A stretch of 64,000 nt of DNA, taken from contig CAVTCH010000009.1 of the NCBI GenBank assembly GCA_963733255.1, positions 29,694 to 93,693 of the forward strand. The letters run 5' to 3'. The translations under genes were made by a program, and so were the position numbers. This document shows, piece after piece, positions 38,038 through 48,475 of this stretch; the stretch's first letter is position 1; every line of letters starts with the position of its first letter. Source of the stretch: an uncultured Actinomycetes bacterium. GTDB lineage: Bacteria > Actinomycetota > Thermoleophilia > UBA2241. Under the pieces are notes generated by a model, which searched no databases, was not told the DNA's origin, and saw nothing but the letters and a program-made list of their open reading frames with translations.

Positions 38038-38328
38038 CTCACCCTCCGTTTCGTTCGGTGTCGCCCCGAGTCTTCCCACCAGACGGCAACCAAACGTCCA
38101 ACGGGCTTCGCCGGGAGAGGGTCGGGAACGTTCTTGCCATCTCACAAAGGGAGATCGACCTGGCAACCGCCAAGAAGGTCGCTTACCGGGCGCCGGGCGC
38201 GTAAGGCTTCAAGCAGATCGACGGCTGAGACGTGGGGCGCGGGCGGCAAAGCCGCCCGCGCCCCACGACGCCTGGTGTATGCGTGTCAGACCGCGTGTGC
38301 CGGCCGGTGCGTGTCGGCTTCGTGCGGG

Positions 38329-39876
38329 TCAGCCGACGCCCTGATTGCGCTCGTCGTCAACCCTCACCGGCATGAGAGCCGGCTCGCCAGGCCGGCCGGC
38401 GCTGAAGCCTGACCGATCGTGACCGGGCTCGCCGAAGCGCGCTCCGGCTCCCCCGATCTCCGCGTCCGATCTGTCGCTCTCGCCGGGCAGGTACGAGACC
38501 GAGTCGACCACGTCCTGCTTGGGCGGGATGGCCACGGCCGCGATGGTGGCGACGCCCACAGCCGCCGCGCCGACCCACAGGGCCGCCGTCAGGCCGTTCA
38601 CGAACGAGATCGGCGTGAGGTAGCTCCCGGCGGCCGAGAACACGCTGGCCAGTACGGCGACGCCGAACACGCCGCCGACCTCGCGCACGGTGTTGTTCAC
38701 GCCCGAGGCCTTGCCCTCTTCATCGCGCCGCACGCTCGACAGCACCAGGTTGGCGACCGGCGCGAAGTAGAGCGACATGCCCACGCCGGCCATCACGAAC
38801 GACGGCACCAGGTCGGCGTAGGGGACGGTAGGCGACGAGATCACGGCCATCCAGCCGAGCGCGCTCGCCATCAGGGCCATGCCGGCGATCAGCAGCGGGC
38901 GGCTGCCGATGCGGTCCGAGAGGATGCCGGCGATGGGCGCCACCAGGATCGGCATCGCCGTCCAGGGCAGGGTGCGCAGGCCGGCCTGCAGCGGCGTGTA
39001 GTGCTGCACGATCTGGAAGAACTGCGCCAGCAGGAAGATCGAGCCGAACATGCCGAAGCTCATGAACACCGAGGTCAGGTTGGCGGCCGCAAAGGACCGC
39101 CGGCGGAAGAAGCGCATGGGGACCATCGGCTCGCGGGCGCGCAGCTCCCAGGCGACGAAGGCGACGACCAGCAGCGCGCCGGCGATCATCGGGATGAGCA
39201 CGCCGGGGCTGGTCCAGCCGTGGGCGTTGCCGCGCACCAGACCCCAGACGATGCCGAACAGGCCGGTGCTGGCCAGGGCCAGGCCGGGCAGGTCGAGCGA
39301 GCGGTTGGGCCCCTTGGTCTCGGTCAGGCGGAAGTACGCGACGGGCAGCAGGGCCAAGCCGATCGGCACGTTGACCCAGAAGATGAACTGCCAGGAGAAG
39401 CCGTCGACGATGGCGCCGCCGATGACCGGCCCGAGCGCCACGGCCAGACCTGCGGTGCCGCTCCAGATGCCCAGCGCCAGACCGCGGCGGGCGGGCGGCA
39501 CGGCCGCCGAGAGAATGGTCAGGGTCAGCGGCGTGACGATGGCGCCGCCCACGCCCTGCAGGGCGCGCGCCGCGATCAGGGCGCCGATGCTGGGCGCCAC
39601 GGCCGCGGCGGCCGAGCCCACCGTGAAGATGGCCAGGCCGACCAGGAACATGCGCTTGCGCCCGAACCGGTCACCCAGGGCGGCGCCGGTCAGCAGCAGC
39701 ACGGCGAAGGTCAGGGTGTAGGCGTTGACGGTCCATTCGAGACCCGAGAGCCCAGCTCCCAGGTCGTGCTTGATCACGGGCAGGGCGGTCGTCACGACCA
39801 GGTTGTCGAGCGACACCATGAACACGGCGACCGACGTCACGACGAACGTCCAGATCGTCATGGCTCTCTTGCTCAT
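38329..39876 (-). CDS. MFS transporter (DHA2 family, 14 TM) with C-terminal extension
   Basis: SLDNLVVTTALP...GDRFGRKR motifs; AAAGGAG SD. Confidence 0.85.
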   Translation of the reverse strand: MSKRAMTIWTFVVTSVAVFMVSLDNLVVTTALPVIKHDLGAGLSGLEWTVNAYTLTFAVLLLTGAALGDRFGRKRMFLVGLAIFTVGSAAAAVAPSIGALIAARALQGVGGAIVTPLTLTILSAAVPPARRGLALGIWSGTAGLAVALGPVIGGAIVDGFSWQFIFWVNVPIGLALLPVAYFRLTETKGPNRSLDLPGLALASTGLFGIVWGLVRGNAHGWTSPGVLIPMIAGALLVVAFVAWELRAREPMVPMRFFRRRSFAAANLTSVFMSFGMFGSIFLLAQFFQIVQHYTPLQAGLRTLPWTAMPILVAPIAGILSDRIGSRPLLIAGMALMASALGWMAVISSPTVPYADLVPSFVMAGVGMSLYFAPVANLVLSSVRRDEEGKASGVNNTVREVGGVFGVAVLASVFSAAGSYLTPISFVNGLTAALWVGAAAVGVATIAAVAIPPKQDVVDSVSYLPGESDRSDAEIGGAGARFGEPGHDRSGFSAGRPGEPALMPVRVDDERNQGVG

Positions 39877-39965
39877 CCCGCTCATCTCCTTTCGATTTTC
39901 GCTGGGCCTGAGGCCCGGACTTTTGTGGGGCATCCGCCTCGAACTTGCTGCCGAATTGCGCTCTG

Positions 39966-39989
39966 GTGAGTTAGTAATCACTTAGTTAC
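39966..39989. promoter_or_regulatory. candidate TetR operator in the MFS promoter region (GTGAGTTAGTAATCACTTAGTTAC)
   Basis: AT-rich imperfect palindrome; a related motif lies upstream of the tetR gene. Confidence 0.25.
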
Positions 39990-39994
39990 GCGGC

Positions 39995-40068
39995 GAAAAA
40001 AAGAGACGTCTCCCCACGCGCGAGCGCATGCGGCGGCGTCTGACTCGCGCTTCGCTTCAGACGCCGCC
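39995..40068 (-). terminator. terminator for tetR: 12-bp hairpin overlapping the stop codon, then GAGACGTCTC palindrome followed by T7
   Basis: ggcggcgtctga...tcagacgccgcc; on the minus strand ...gagacgtctcttttttt. Confidence 0.45.
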
Positions 40069-40698
40069 CCCCTTTGCCTTGGCGTGGACGCCATCCTTCA
40101 GCGCCAGTCCCTTCTTGTGCATCTCGGCGACGTGCTCGAGCAGCCAGCGGCCGGTGCACATGCGGGCCCAGTCCTCCTGGACTTCGACGAGGCCCAGGGC
40201 GGCCGCGACGGTCATGAGCATGCCCTCGGCCAGCCAGGGCCGGATGGCGTCGTCGGGCGCGCCCGAGGCCGACTGCACGAAGCGCACGAGGCGCAGGAAC
40301 TCCTCGCGCACGGCTAGGCGGACCTCCTCGTCTTCGGAGGCTGCGTACGCCTGAAGCTGCATGAGCAGGATCTCGCGATCGCTTTCGAGCAGGTTCGCGT
40401 AGGCGACGCCCATGGCCATCAGGATCTCCTCGGTGCCGGCCTCGGGGCCGGCCTCGGCTGCCGCCTGGCGGAAGACCGCCACGGTGCGCTGAAAGCCGCG
40501 CCGCATGGCCGCGATGTAGAGATCCTTTTTGGTGCCGAAGAGCTGGAACAAGTAGGGCTGCGAGACGCCGACCCTCTTGGCGATCGCCTCGACCGGCGTG
40601 CCGTACAGACCATAGACGGCGAACTCGCGCATGGCCGCCTCGACGATCTCGCGGCGGCGCTCCTCTTTGGTCGATCTGGTGGTCGTCTTCTCACTCAT
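40057..40698 (-). CDS. TetR-family transcriptional regulator
   Basis: N-terminal HTH (VEAIAKRVGVSQPYLFQLFGTKKDLY). Confidence 0.8.
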   Translation of the reverse strand: MSEKTTTRSTKEERRREIVEAAMREFAVYGLYGTPVEAIAKRVGVSQPYLFQLFGTKKDLYIAAMRRGFQRTVAVFRQAAAEAGPEAGTEEILMAMGVAYANLLESDREILLMQLQAYAASEDEEVRLAVREEFLRLVRFVQSASGAPDDAIRPWLAEGMLMTVAAALGLVEVQEDWARMCTGRWLLEHVAEMHKKGLALKDGVHAKAKGGGV

Positions 40699-40699
40699 G

Positions 40700-40745
40700 G
40701 CGCGGAGTATACCATAAGTGAGTGCTAAGTAAACGATTTGTCTTC
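40700..40745 (-). promoter_or_regulatory. tetR promoter/operator candidate (TATACT -10-like; TTACTTAGCACTCACTTA)
   Basis: AT-rich patch immediately upstream of the tetR start. Confidence 0.3.
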
Positions 40746-40832
40746 TGCAGCCGCCGTGACACCGCATGCACAGCGGCATAGGCTTCGTCGCACGTTGCGC
40801 AATCTACAGAATCACCGCCTTACGGAGTACGA

Positions 40833-41867
40833 GTGCTGATCCGCCCTATGAGCGAAGGCGATGTTGCCGCAGTCGTCGATCTGACGCTGGCCAACTACGA
40901 CGGTGTCCTGGCCAAGCACCACACCGCCGGTATCCTCGCCGGCTTTCGCGCCGACATCACGCCGCAGTTCTTCCGCGAGCAGCTGGCCTGGAAGCAGGTC
41001 TTCGCCGTCGAGGAGGCAGGCGAGGTCGTTGCCACCGGCGCCCTCGCTGATTTCGGCACGCCCGACGAGCCCAGGTACACGGTGTCGCAGTTCTATGTGT
41101 GCTCCGACCTTCACGGTCGCGGCATCGGCAGGAGACTGCTCGAGCACCTTGTCGCGACTACACGCGAGCTCGGCGTTGACAGCCTCCACGTTCCCAGCAG
41201 CCGCAACGCGATTCCCTTCTACCGGCACGCCGGCTTCTCTGTGGACGTTCTCCAGCCCGACGCGGCGACCGAGATCACCTGGATGACGATGCCGCTGTAC
41301 GGGCGGCCCGAAGTGCAGGCTGTGCCACCAGTGAGCGACGGCCGAGCTGCACAGGTGGATGACGAGAGAACTGCGCATGGGGTCCCGTTGGAAACGACGG
41401 TGCGTGCTTTTCGGGCCGCAGACCTTGAACCTGTGGAGGCCCTGATCCACACGACGATCGACGCCTCCTACACCGGCGCCTATCCACCCCGTGCCGTACG
41501 CTTCTTCAAGGACTACCACACGCCTGATCGTATTTTGGAGCGCCAAGCCACGGGTGAGGTCGTGGTCGCGGAGCGCGACGGTGATCTCGTCGCCACCGGG
41601 GCAATCGTCGGCGACCGCATCGTCGCGGTCTTCGTCCATCCTCAGCTCCAGCGCCGCGGTATCGGAGCACGGGTCATGGATGCCCTCGAAGGAGCTGCTC
41701 GCGCCGCCGGACAACTGAGCATCCAGCTTGACGTGTCGCTGCCCTCCGAGGGTTTCTATCGGCGTCGCGGCTATCGGCTGCTGGAGAGTCGCTGGATCGA
41801 CGTCGGCGATGGCGAACGGCTCGACTACTGGACGGCGGAGAAGAGCCTTGGTGTTGGCGAATCCTAA
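40833..41867 (+). CDS. tandem-GNAT N-acetyltransferase (two acetyltransferase domains)
   Basis: Two Q/RxxGxG/A motifs (LHGRGIGRRL, LQRRGIGARV). Confidence 0.7.
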   Translation: MLIRPMSEGDVAAVVDLTLANYDGVLAKHHTAGILAGFRADITPQFFREQLAWKQVFAVEEAGEVVATGALADFGTPDEPRYTVSQFYVCSDLHGRGIGRRLLEHLVATTRELGVDSLHVPSSRNAIPFYRHAGFSVDVLQPDAATEITWMTMPLYGRPEVQAVPPVSDGRAAQVDDERTAHGVPLETTVRAFRAADLEPVEALIHTTIDASYTGAYPPRAVRFFKDYHTPDRILERQATGEVVVAERDGDLVATGAIVGDRIVAVFVHPQLQRRGIGARVMDALEGAARAAGQLSIQLDVSLPSEGFYRRRGYRLLESRWIDVGDGERLDYWTAEKSLGVGES

Positions 41868-41910
41868 CGGGCGCATGCGGCGACATCGTGATCGCCGTCA
41901 ACCACGCGAG

Positions 41911-42963
41911 CTACGTCTCGTCCGCGCTCCTACGCGCCCCGACGAGCCCTAGCCGCACCAGACTGTCCGCCGTCGCCAGGATCGCCTCTTCATTCGAGCG
42001 CGGCTCCCAGCCGAGCACCCGCCGGGCCTTCTCGTTGCTGGCCCGGCGCACCTGGCCCAGGTCGCCCACGATCCCCCGCGCCTCGGGGTTGACCAAGGCG
42101 AGAGCTCGCACCAGGAAGTCGGGCACTTCCCTGGTCGGCACGCGCGCGGCAGCCTCGCCGAGGTGCGCTCGCAGCACGTCGCAGACGTCCCTGATCGACA
42201 CCGGGCCGTTCGCCACGGCCAGGAACCGCTCACCCTTGGCGGCAGGATCGGTCATGGCGCGCAGGTGCAAATCGGCCACGTCGCGCACGTCGACGACGTT
42301 GAAGTAGAGGCGCGGCGCTCCTGGCATGGCGCCGTCGAGCGCCTGCTTGACGAGCCGGATCGAGCTCGACAGGTCGGGACCGAGCACGGGCCCGACCACG
42401 CCGACCGGGTTGACGACGGACAGCTCGAGCGCGCCTCCTTCGCCGGCGACGAACTCCCAAGCGGCGCGCTCGGCCAGCGTCTTCGACTTCACGTAGGGGC
42501 TCGCCGAGTCGTCGAGCTCGGTCCAGTCCTCCTCGGTGAAGGGCCGGTCGGTCGGCTCATGGCCGTGGCCGATGGCGGCAAACGACGAGGTCAGCACGAC
42601 GCGCTCGACGCCGGCGTCGCGCGCTGCGCGCAGTACGCGCAGCGCGCCCTGACGCGCCGGTACGATCAGCTCGAACTGGTTGCGCGGCTGGCGCTCCGGA
42701 AACGGCGAGGCGACGTGCAGCACGAAGCGGCAGCCGGCCACGGCTTCGGCCCAGCCGGCGTCGGCCAGCAGGTCGGCCTCGACAACCTCGAGCGCCGCAC
42801 CCGGCTCGGCGCCGCCCACTTTGAGCATGGCGCGCACGTCGGCCTCGCGAGCGAGCGAGCGCACCGTCGTGCGCACCCGGTAGCTCGCGTCCAACAAGCG
42901 CAGGATGCAGTGCACGCCGATGAACCCCGAGCCTCCCGTCACCAGCACCAGGTCGTCGCTCAT
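41911..42963 (-). CDS. NAD(P)-dependent epimerase/dehydratase-family SDR (cinnamoyl-CoA/aldehyde reductase-like)
   Basis: VLVTGGSGFIG Rossmann and YxxxK (YVKSK). Confidence 0.8.
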   Translation of the reverse strand: MSDDLVLVTGGSGFIGVHCILRLLDASYRVRTTVRSLAREADVRAMLKVGGAEPGAALEVVEADLLADAGWAEAVAGCRFVLHVASPFPERQPRNQFELIVPARQGALRVLRAARDAGVERVVLTSSFAAIGHGHEPTDRPFTEEDWTELDDSASPYVKSKTLAERAAWEFVAGEGGALELSVVNPVGVVGPVLGPDLSSSIRLVKQALDGAMPGAPRLYFNVVDVRDVADLHLRAMTDPAAKGERFLAVANGPVSIRDVCDVLRAHLGEAAARVPTREVPDFLVRALALVNPEARGIVGDLGQVRRASNEKARRVLGWEPRSNEEAILATADSLVRLGLVGARRSADET

Positions 42964-43252
42964 CGTGGCCTCCCAATCCTCGTGGCCGAGCTCCGCTTCG
43001 GAGGATACCCCCGCGCTGACGGTGCCGGCCCGCGGCTTCGCGCCACGTTTCCGCGTACCCGGCCCTGCCCCACGCTCCAACAGGCATTTCGAACCGACTT
43101 GTCGAATCTGAAGATCATGTGGATCCTGGTGATCGCGCTGACGCATCTGATCGGGGCGTTGATCCACTACTTCGTGCGGCGTCCGCAGAGAATGCAGTTG
43201 CACGGAGCGTAGTGGCATTGCGCTCAAGATCCGCGCACCACATGGTGGCACC

Positions 43253-44422
43253 GTGGTGACGAACCTGAAGACTACGCTCGCGCGACGCCCGCTCGTCTGG
43301 TTTCTCGTGCTCGCCGCGGCCGCGTACGTCGCGTACACCGCGTTCGGGCTCCTCGTCACGCGGTGGTCCTTGAACGACCCCCTCTGGGAGCATCGGTTCC
43401 GCAGCGTGAGCGTCGCGGTCGTCGGCCTCATCGCGCTCGTGTGCTGCTGGGCGGTCAGCAGCCCGCGCAGTCGACCGCCTCGCCGTCGCGCTCAGCTCTA
43501 CATCGTCGTCGGCGTCGCGGTCCTGACCATGACCGCGCTGTGCGTGCAAGTCTGGCTCCTCTGGCGTGCGGAGGTAGCCGAATTCCCAGACTACGCTACG
43601 CTTGGCATCACGCTCGCTCGCGAGATCCACAACGCGCTGGTCAGCGCGCCTACGTGGCTGCTCGCGCTCGTCGCCGGGCTGGTGCTGGCCGGCGTCGAGT
43701 CGCGGTTCTCGGTCGTGCGCCGAACCTCGCGCGCCCTCGTGGCTTGGCGCGGACCGAGGGTCTGGCTGTTCGCCGCCGTGGCCGTTCTCCTACCTGCCGC
43801 ATGCTTTTTGGTCGCCACCGTGGGTACGCGCCTTGGGTCGGGCGGCGGACGCAGGATCGACATGTTCCACACGTTCCACGCTCCGTACCAGGGCGTGAGC
43901 TTCGTTGCGCTGCTGCTGACGAACGTGCCGCTCGTCTTCGCCTGGTATGGGTTCGTGGCGGAGCGGCTGGCGCGCAGGGCTTCGCCGCTCGTTGCCGGTC
44001 TCGTGATCGGCCTGGCGGTCACCCTGCCGTACCAGCTTGTGATCCAGCTCGCCGCTCTCCGGTCGGGCGGTGGGCTCGCCCTGGCCGACGCACGGTACGA
44101 TCTTCAGATCGCGGGCGCGATCGCGATCGCCGTTCCTGCGGTCTGGCTGGTGCGCAAGGCCCGCGGGAGCCTGGTGCCGACGGCGCTGCTGCTGGCGATT
44201 GTTTCGGTGGGGAGCAGCATCGCGGGCTGGAATGCTTCGTCTGCGCAGGGTTGGATCAGGGCAGAGGAGCTCTACCAGGGCAGCGTCGTCGCGGCCGCTG
44301 TGCTGATCACCGTCGCCGGTCGCCTATGGCGCAGGACCGAAGCGGCTCCGCCGCTACCTGCGCCCGACGAGTCGCACCCCGCCGGCGGCGGCGCCGACCT
44401 CGAACCCACGCGCGTCTGGTAG
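43253..44422 (+). CDS. hypothetical polytopic membrane protein
   Basis: Multiple hydrophobic helices; no recognisable family signature. Confidence 0.45.
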   Translation: MVTNLKTTLARRPLVWFLVLAAAAYVAYTAFGLLVTRWSLNDPLWEHRFRSVSVAVVGLIALVCCWAVSSPRSRPPRRRAQLYIVVGVAVLTMTALCVQVWLLWRAEVAEFPDYATLGITLAREIHNALVSAPTWLLALVAGLVLAGVESRFSVVRRTSRALVAWRGPRVWLFAAVAVLLPAACFLVATVGTRLGSGGGRRIDMFHTFHAPYQGVSFVALLLTNVPLVFAWYGFVAERLARRASPLVAGLVIGLAVTLPYQLVIQLAALRSGGGLALADARYDLQIAGAIAIAVPAVWLVRKARGSLVPTALLLAIVSVGSSIAGWNASSAQGWIRAEELYQGSVVAAAVLITVAGRLWRRTEAAPPLPAPDESHPAGGGADLEPTRVW

Positions 44423-44473
44423 CGCGGCGGCGGCCGGCGGTCGCGGCTCACTCCGCTATCGTCGCCCCCGCCT

Positions 44474-45040
44474 TCACCACGCCGGCTCGTAGCGCAGGAA
44501 CACGTTCCCGTTGGCGAAGTCCCGGGTCTCGGTCAGCTCGACGCTCAGCTTCTCCCGGATCCCCTCGAACATCGTCCGGCCCGCCCCAAGCACGACGGGG
44601 ACCACCACGACCTGGTATTCGTCGATCAGGTGCTCCTGCGTGAGCTGCGCGACGATGCTGCCGCTGCCCAGGATCGCCATGTCGTTGCCGGGCTCGCTCT
44701 TCTGCGTGCGGATCTCCCCCGCCAGGTCGCCGCTCACCAGCCTGGTGCGGTTCCACGGCGCCTCGCCGAGCGTCTTGGAGAACACGAGCTTGGGCCGGTT
44801 GTTCATGCGCTCGGCCACGACGGGATCGGTCTCCATGGCGGCCGGGGTGGGCCAGTAGCTTGCCATGAGCTCGTAGGTGATCCTGCCGAACACCAGCAGG
44901 CCGCCGCCGCTGGCGTTGCCGGCGACGAACTCGTCCCACTCTTCGTCCAAGGCGTCGTTGTGAGCCCAGCGCATGTCGCCGTGCGCGTCGACGAAGTAGC
45001 CGTCGAGCGAGATCGAGTTGAAAACGACGAGGCTTCCCAT
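44474..45040 (-). CDS. dihydrofolate reductase-like (RibD C-terminal domain family) protein
   Basis: RibD_C-like core (LVVFNSISLDGYF, VVVVPVVLG). Confidence 0.7.
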   Translation of the reverse strand: MGSLVVFNSISLDGYFVDAHGDMRWAHNDALDEEWDEFVAGNASGGGLLVFGRITYELMASYWPTPAAMETDPVVAERMNNRPKLVFSKTLGEAPWNRTRLVSGDLAGEIRTQKSEPGNDMAILGSGSIVAQLTQEHLIDEYQVVVVPVVLGAGRTMFEGIREKLSVELTETRDFANGNVFLRYEPAW

Positions 45041-45195
45041 CTGTCATCTCCTTGTAGTAGCCGCGCGGCAGCGCCGCACCGCTCGCGACCGAGCATACCG
45101 GCTGCCGGGCGCTTGGTCATACCGGCCGGCAGCCGCCCCGCCGGGGGTCTGCGCGGAACGCCTCGCGGTGCCGTCGATCGCCCCGGCGCCGGAAC

Positions 45196-46215
45196 TTATC
45201 CGGAACGCACCGCGGCGTCGCCCGTCGCCTCAGCTACGCTGACGACCACCTTTCCCCGGGCGCGACCGGCGTGCAGGTAGCGGATCGCCTCGGGGACATC
45301 CTCCAGCGGGTATGTGCGGTCGACGACCGGCTTGACCCGGCCGTCCTCGATGAAGCCGTTCAGGACCTCGAGGTCGCCGGCGGTCACCTTGGCGTTGAGC
45401 GGCACCAGCTTCTGGCCCACGAACAGCGACAGCAGCGGCGCTCGCAGCATCTGCCGCCCGAACCCGCCCGACCAGCGGTTGCCCCCTTCGCCGCCCACGA
45501 TCACGAGGATCCCGCTGGGAGCCAGTGCGCGGCGCAGCTGTGACACGGGCCTGTTGCCGGCGGTGTCGAGGATGACGTCGTAGCGCTGCGTGCCGCCGGC
45601 GAAGTCTTCGCGGGTGCGGTCGATCACGCGGTCCGCGCCGAGCGACCGGACCAGGTCGACCTTGGCCGTGTCGCAGACGCCGGTCACCTCTGCGCCGAAC
45701 GCCTTGGCGAGCTGCACCGCGAACGTTCCCACGCCGCCGCCCGCGCCGATCACCAGCACCGTCTGCCCGGGCTGCACGTGTCCCTTGTCGCGCAGGCCCT
45801 GCAGGGCGGTGCACGCCGAGACGGGCACGGCCGCCGCCTGCTCGAAGGTGAGGCCGGCCGGCTTGGGCGCCAGGCGGTCGGCGGGAGCCGACACGTACTC
45901 GGCGAAGGGACCGTCGCCGGATGGCTTACGACCATAGACCTCGTCGCCCGGTCGGAACCGTGTCACGTTCTTGCCCACAGCGTCGGCCCGCCCGGCGAGG
46001 TCGTTCCCCGGCACGCGTGCTTTCGGCGCGCGCAGGCCCATCCCCATGAGGCGCACCAGGTAGGGCAGGCCGGCGGTCAGATGCCAGACGCCCGGGTCGA
46101 CGCCGGCCGCCTGCACGCGTACCAGCACGTCGTCGTCGCCCACCTCCGGCTGGTCGATGTCGGCCAGATGCAGGGCGTTGGGCGAGCCGTACGCGTTCTG
46201 GACGATCGCCTTCAT
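45196..46215 (-). CDS. zinc-binding alcohol dehydrogenase / quinone oxidoreductase (MDR family)
   Basis: IGAGGGVGTFAVQLAK nucleotide-binding motif. Confidence 0.8.
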   Translation of the reverse strand: MKAIVQNAYGSPNALHLADIDQPEVGDDDVLVRVQAAGVDPGVWHLTAGLPYLVRLMGMGLRAPKARVPGNDLAGRADAVGKNVTRFRPGDEVYGRKPSGDGPFAEYVSAPADRLAPKPAGLTFEQAAAVPVSACTALQGLRDKGHVQPGQTVLVIGAGGGVGTFAVQLAKAFGAEVTGVCDTAKVDLVRSLGADRVIDRTREDFAGGTQRYDVILDTAGNRPVSQLRRALAPSGILVIVGGEGGNRWSGGFGRQMLRAPLLSLFVGQKLVPLNAKVTAGDLEVLNGFIEDGRVKPVVDRTYPLEDVPEAIRYLHAGRARGKVVVSVAEATGDAAVRSG

Positions 46216-46275
46216 GGCTCTCTCCTGTGGTCTATGAGTTTGCGCTGGCCCCGGTTAGGCTACGTGCTCTCCACG

Positions 46276-46863
46276 ATGACCGACCAGCGTTCACAAGCAG
46301 CCACGGCGAATGGACCTGCCGACCCGGCCGGCGCGCCGCTGCGCCTCGAACTGGTCGCCAGCCCGGCGACCTCCGCGCCGCTGCGCGCTCTGCTCAGCGA
46401 GTACCTGAGCTGGGTCGCCGGTCTCGCTCACGAGCGCTTCGGCCTCTCGTGGGACGTGGCGGCGATGGTCGACTCCGACCTACACGACGCCGCCAAGTTC
46501 TCTGCGCCGGCCGGTCGCTGCTACCTCGTCGGCCGCGGCGACGCCTACGTTGGCGTCGGCTGCCTCATGCGGCTCGCCCCGGGTGTCGCCGAGATCCAGC
46601 GCATGTACGTACGACCGCGCAGCCGGGGCGCCGGCGCGGGCCGCCTGCTGGTGGAACGGCTCGTCGACGACGCGCGGGCGATCGGCTACCGCGCGGTGAG
46701 GCTCGAGAGCCTCAAGATCCTGGCCCCGGCGCACGAGCTCTACCGGTCGGCGGGTTTCGTCGAGATACCGGCCGACACCACCAGCGACATGGCCGCCTAC
46801 CAGCCGGCCGCCGACATGGAGCGTTACCGCGACAGCGTGCTGTTCATGGAAATGACCCTGTGA
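46276..46863 (+). CDS. GNAT N-acetyltransferase
   Basis: VRPRSRGAGAGRLLV motif A; alternative ATG at 46234. Confidence 0.6.
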   Translation: MTDQRSQAATANGPADPAGAPLRLELVASPATSAPLRALLSEYLSWVAGLAHERFGLSWDVAAMVDSDLHDAAKFSAPAGRCYLVGRGDAYVGVGCLMRLAPGVAEIQRMYVRPRSRGAGAGRLLVERLVDDARAIGYRAVRLESLKILAPAHELYRSAGFVEIPADTTSDMAAYQPAADMERYRDSVLFMEMTL

Positions 46864-47357
46864 GCGCGGCGCACATCGTCGAGCCCACTACTCCGGAGCA
46901 GCTCGACGCGTTCCGCGGCCTGCTGCGCGAGTGGTTCGACTTTCTGGTGAACGACTGCGGCATCGACATGGGCTATCAGTCCGTGGATGCCGAGCTCGCG
47001 GGGCTGCCGGGAGCCTACGGTCCGCCAAAGGGCGGCGTCTGGCTGGCCTACGACGAGGCCGGCGAGCTCGTAGGCTGCGTCGCGCTGCGGCCCATGCCCG
47101 ACGACGGCGTGTGCGAGCTCAAGCGCCTCTACGTGAGGCCGGCGCACAGGGGCGCCGGAACGGGCCGGGCGCTGACCGTAGAGGCGATCGCCGCGGCCCG
47201 CGACCTGGGTTACCGGCTGATGCGGCTCGACACGGGGACCTTCCTCGACGCGTCGCGCAGGCTGTACGCTTCGCTGGGCTTCGTCGAGAGGGGGCCGTAC
47301 TACGACGTGCCGCCCGACGTGCTGCGCGTCACGGTGTTCATGGAGCTGGCGTTGTGA
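46860..47357 (+). CDS. GNAT N-acetyltransferase
   Basis: VRPAHRGAGTGRALT motif A; GTG overlaps the upstream stop (GTGA). Confidence 0.65.
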   Translation: MSAAHIVEPTTPEQLDAFRGLLREWFDFLVNDCGIDMGYQSVDAELAGLPGAYGPPKGGVWLAYDEAGELVGCVALRPMPDDGVCELKRLYVRPAHRGAGTGRALTVEAIAAARDLGYRLMRLDTGTFLDASRRLYASLGFVERGPYYDVPPDVLRVTVFMELAL

Positions 47358-47506
47358 GCCGGATGAGCAACGACGTCGACGGAGGGAGCGACATGGAAAC
47401 GCTGTCAGGAACACACCATCTTCGGTGTCATGTTCATCGTGGCCGGGCTCGCGCTGCTGATCGTCCCGCAGCTCGTCAAGGCAAGGGCTGAGGAGTCGCA
47501 GAGGAC

Positions 47507-48475
47507 TTGATGCACGACGAGGGCCACTTCACCGGGGCCGGCGGCCTCGAGCTCCTCTGGCAGTGTTGGCTGCCCGACGGCGAGGCGCCTGGCGGCGGGC
47601 CGCACCGCGGCGGGCCGCACCGTGCCGGGCCGCGCAGCGCTTCGCCGCGCGCGGTGGTCGCGCTCGTCCACGGCGTCGGCGAGCACAGTGGCCGGTACGG
47701 CAACCTCGTCACCCCGCTCGCGAGCGCCGGCTACCCAGTCTACGGCTACGACCAGCGCGGTCATGGGCGGTCCGCGGGGCCGCGCGTGCACATCGACCGC
47801 TGGACAGACTATCGCGACGACCTCGGCGCCTTTCTCGGCCTGGTCGCCGAGCACGAGCCCGACCGGCCGATCGTGCTCTACGGTCACAGCATGGGCTCGC
47901 TGGTCGTGCTCGACTACCTGCTGGGGTGGAGCCGCGCGCCGCAAGGCCGGCCGCGGCTCGCCGGCGCCATCGTGAGCGGCGTGGCGCTGCAGCCGGCCGG
48001 GGTCGGCAAGCCGTATCAGGCGGTGATGGCCCGGATTCTCTCGCGCGTGACGCCCAGGCTGTCGGTCGACCTGGGGATCGGTGCCGACTCGCTGACCCGC
48101 GACTCGCAGGCGCTCGAGGCGGCGCGCGCCGACCCGTGGCTCACCTCGCGCGCGACGGTGCGCTGGGGGGCCGAAAGCATCGCGACCGTGCGCCGCGTGA
48201 ACGACGGCCTGGCGGTCATCGACCTGCCGCTGCTCGTGCTGCACGGCGGCGCCGACCCGCTCAACCGTCCCGCGGGAGCGCAGGCGCTGTTCGACACCGT
48301 GTCCAGCGCCGACAAGACGCTGCGCATCTACCCCGGCGTTCGCCACGAGCCGCACAACGACCTCGGCCACGAACAGGTGGCCGCCGACGTGACGGAGTGG
48401 CTGGCCCACCTCACGGGAACCCACAGTGCGGCAACGAAGAAGACCGAGCCGTCAACGAGGGAGACCATCCCATGA
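47507..48475 (+). CDS. alpha/beta hydrolase (lysophospholipase/monoacylglycerol lipase-like)
   Basis: GHSMGS nucleophile elbow and HG oxyanion motif. Confidence 0.8.
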   Translation: MMHDEGHFTGAGGLELLWQCWLPDGEAPGGGPHRGGPHRAGPRSASPRAVVALVHGVGEHSGRYGNLVTPLASAGYPVYGYDQRGHGRSAGPRVHIDRWTDYRDDLGAFLGLVAEHEPDRPIVLYGHSMGSLVVLDYLLGWSRAPQGRPRLAGAIVSGVALQPAGVGKPYQAVMARILSRVTPRLSVDLGIGADSLTRDSQALEAARADPWLTSRATVRWGAESIATVRRVNDGLAVIDLPLLVLHGGADPLNRPAGAQALFDTVSSADKTLRIYPGVRHEPHNDLGHEQVAADVTEWLAHLTGTHSAATKKTEPSTRETIP

